A DNA stretch of 64,000 nucleotides, taken from Malacoraja senta. Lineage: Eukaryota. A model generated the notes under the pieces. The model was not told where the DNA came from. It saw nothing but the letters and a program-made list of their open reading frames with translations, and did not search any database. This document shows, in pieces, positions 61,620 to 64,000 of this stretch. Position numbers and translations under genes: made by a program. The stretch lies in contig CM075990.1 of assembly GCA_038087875.1 (NCBI GenBank), positions 17,920,001-17,984,000 of the forward strand. The letters run 5' to 3'. The stretch's first letter is position 1. Each line of letters opens with the position of its first letter.

Positions 61620-62990
61620 TTCTGCATCAGGCTTCCCATTTCTTTCTAAATCTTTCCTATCCATGTACCTATCCACATTTCTTTTGAACATTATAATACC
61701 TCACTCAACCAGCTCCTCAGGCACCCATCATCTTCTGTATGGAAAATGTTGCCCCTCAAGTTTCCATTAAAGCCCTCCCCTCTCACCTAAGCACTTTAGT
61801 TCTTGATTCCCATACCCTGGGAAAGAGACTGTGATTTCACCCATTCCATTTCCCTCATGACTTTATACACCTCTACAAGATCATCCTCAGCCTCCTATGC
61901 TCCAAGGAATAAAGTCCTATCCTGCCCAGCATCTCCCTATAGCCCAGCCCTTAGAGTCCTAGCAATATCCCTGTAAATCTTCTCTGCACGGTTTCCAGCT
62001 CAATTGCATCCTTCCTATAACAGGGCAACTAAAATTGAATACAATACTTCAAATGCAGCCTCAACAATTTGTACGACTAACATAACATCCAACTTCTATG
62101 GACAATATCCTTCCTGAGAAAAGCATATGTACCAAAAGCCTTCATGACCACCTTATCTACCTGTGATGGCATCCCATTCCCTTAATGTAATTGTAAACTC
62201 TCTTTGGATTTTCCTTAATATTACCTGCTGGAATTCCTTCTGAAGTATAGTTCACAAAACTCCTCCAGAGATGCACTTGATCCCAGCTGCCTACACCTGA
62301 CACACGCCTCTTTCATTTTCCTGACCAGAGCATCAATGTCTGAGGAATTTCTAAAGAAGTGTCCCGACCCAAAACATCACCTATTTTTTTCTCACCAGAG
62401 TATAGAAGTTGGGAGGTCAGTTGGGAGTTGGGAGTTGTATAAAACATTGGTGAGACCACAATTAGAATGTTGTGTTCAGTTCTGGGCACCATGTTATAGG
62501 AAAGATATTGTCAAGCTTGAAATGGTTCAGAAAAGATTTATGAGGATGTTGCCAGGACTAGAGGGTGTGAGCTATATGGAGAGATTGAGTAGGCTGGGTC
62601 TCTATTCCATGGAGTGCAGGAGGATGAGGGGAGATCTTATAGAGGTATACAAAATCATGAGGGGGTAGTTGCACAGAGTCTTTTGCCCAGAGTAGAGGAA
62701 TCGAGGACCAAGATGAAGGGGAAAAGATTTAATGCGAATCCGAGGGGTAACGTTTTCACATAAAGGGTGGTGGCTGTATGGAACAAGCTGCCAGAGGTGG
62801 TAGTTGAGGCTGGGACTATCCCATCATTTAAGAAACAGTTAGACAGGTGCATGGATAGGACAGGTTTGGAGGAATATCGAGCATGCGCAGGCAAGTGAGA
62901 CGAGTGTAGCTGGGACATTGTTGGCCAGTGTGGGCGAGGTGGGCCGAAGTGACTGTTTCCACATTGTATCACTCTATGACTCTATGCTGT
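61620..62990. mobile_element. two old CR1 3' fragments (61620-62170 minus; 62395-62990 plus)
   Basis: LVRPQLECCVQFWAP..MRGDLIEVYKIM on plus and a degenerate reverse-complement counterpart on minus. Confidence 0.8.
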
Positions 62991-63127
62991 CTGACCCACT
63001 GAGTTACTTCAGGTTTTTGTTTCAATTTATTTCGTCATCCAGGCTTCATTACCCCCATCCGCCTTACTCTTCGCTTCAACAAGAACATGCGTTTCCTGAA
63101 CTCTTGTCATCACACGTTTCAAACCAT

Positions 63128-63762
63128 CATTCATAGCAAAAGGATTTGAGTATAGGAGCAGGGAGGTTCTACTGCAGTTGTACAGGGTCTTAGTGAGACC
63201 ACACCTGGAGTATTGCGTACAGTTTTGGTCTCCTAATCTGAGGAAGAACATTCTTGCCATAGAAGGAGCACAGAGAAGGTTCACCAGACTGATTCCTGGG
63301 ATGTCAGGACTTTCATATGAAGAAAGACTGGATAGACTCGGCTTGTACTCGCTAGAATTTAGAAGATTGAGGGGGGGATCTTATAGAAACTTACAAAATT
63401 CTTAAGGTGTTGGACAGGCTAGATGCAGGAAGATTGTTCCCGATGTTGGGGAAGTCCAGAACAAGGGGTCACAGTTTAAGGATAAAGAGGAAATCTTTTA
63501 GGACTGAGATGAGAAAAACATTTTTTACACAGAGAGTGGTGAATCTCTGGAATTCTCTGCCACAGAATGTAGTTGAGGCCAGTTCATTCGCTATATTTAA
63601 GAGGAAGTTAGATGTGGCCCTTGTGGCTAAAGGGATCAGGGGGTATGGAGAGAAGGCAGGTACAGGATACTGAGTTGAATGATCGGCCATGATCATATTG
63701 AATGGCGGTGCAGGCTCGAAGGGCCGAATGGCCTACTCCTGCACCTATTTTCTATGTTTCTA
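63128..63762 (+). mobile_element. young CR1 3' end
   Basis: Nearly identical to 14110-14742 and 18190-18832. Confidence 0.93.
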
Positions 63763-63894
63763 TCCCATTTTCCAGATGTTCCTTTGCCCACAAACAACCC
63801 ACTCCAATCAATGTTAGCAAGTTCCCATCTAATACCATCCAAGTTGGCCTTGCCACAGTTTAGCATTTAACATGGGGATAGAAACAGAGAATCT

Positions 63895-64000
63895 TAGAAA
63901 ATAGGTGCAGGAGTAGGCCATTCGGCACTTCGAGCCTGCACCGCCATTCAATATGATCATGGCTGATCATCCATCTCAGTATCCCGTACCCGCCTTCTCT
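63895..64000 (-). mobile_element. CR1 3' UTR (runs off the window)
   Basis: Near reverse complement of 63650-63755. Confidence 0.85.

Noticed and set aside
39212..64000. Vinculin exon 1 (MPVFHT...)
   Set aside because: It was not found on the minus strand. Intron 1 exceeds 24.7 kb and exon 1 lies beyond the window.

Overview
AT-rich vertebrate genomic DNA, probably from a cartilaginous fish such as a skate or ray (inferred from the CR1, V-SINE and Penelope repeat landscape). The window lies inside one minus-strand gene, vinculin (vcl). Ten consecutive coding exons, equivalent to human VCL exons 2-11, are at 39141-39211, 34371-34521, 24762-24870, 22403-22525, 21362-21522, 7000-7090, 6705-6852, 6257-6410, 2267-2442 and 1782-1972. 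All have GT-AG boundaries and join in frame. Exon 1 and exons 12 onward lie outside the window. The introns are packed with often nested transposable elements: many CR1 LINEs, a Rex1/Babar LINE, a CsRn1-type Ty3/Gypsy element, a BEL/Pao gag remnant, Penelope fragments with minimal hammerhead-ribozyme motifs, two non-autonomous Helitrons, Harbinger and Tc1/mariner-type MITEs, and tRNA-derived SINEs. Three signals stand out. (1) A candidate 3-nt microexon (AAG, Lys) or recursive splice site at 20656-20658 in intron 6, with a 138-nt AG-free pyrimidine-rich zone and RBFOX/NOVA-type motifs. (2) A family of GC-rich non-coding retroposons (6 copies) sharing a covarying stem-loop but ending in two different LINE-type 3' tails. 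(3) At least eight dispersed hammerhead-like motifs and a 76-bp-arm foldback derived from them. Most ORFs in the supplied track are TE fragments or shadow frames.
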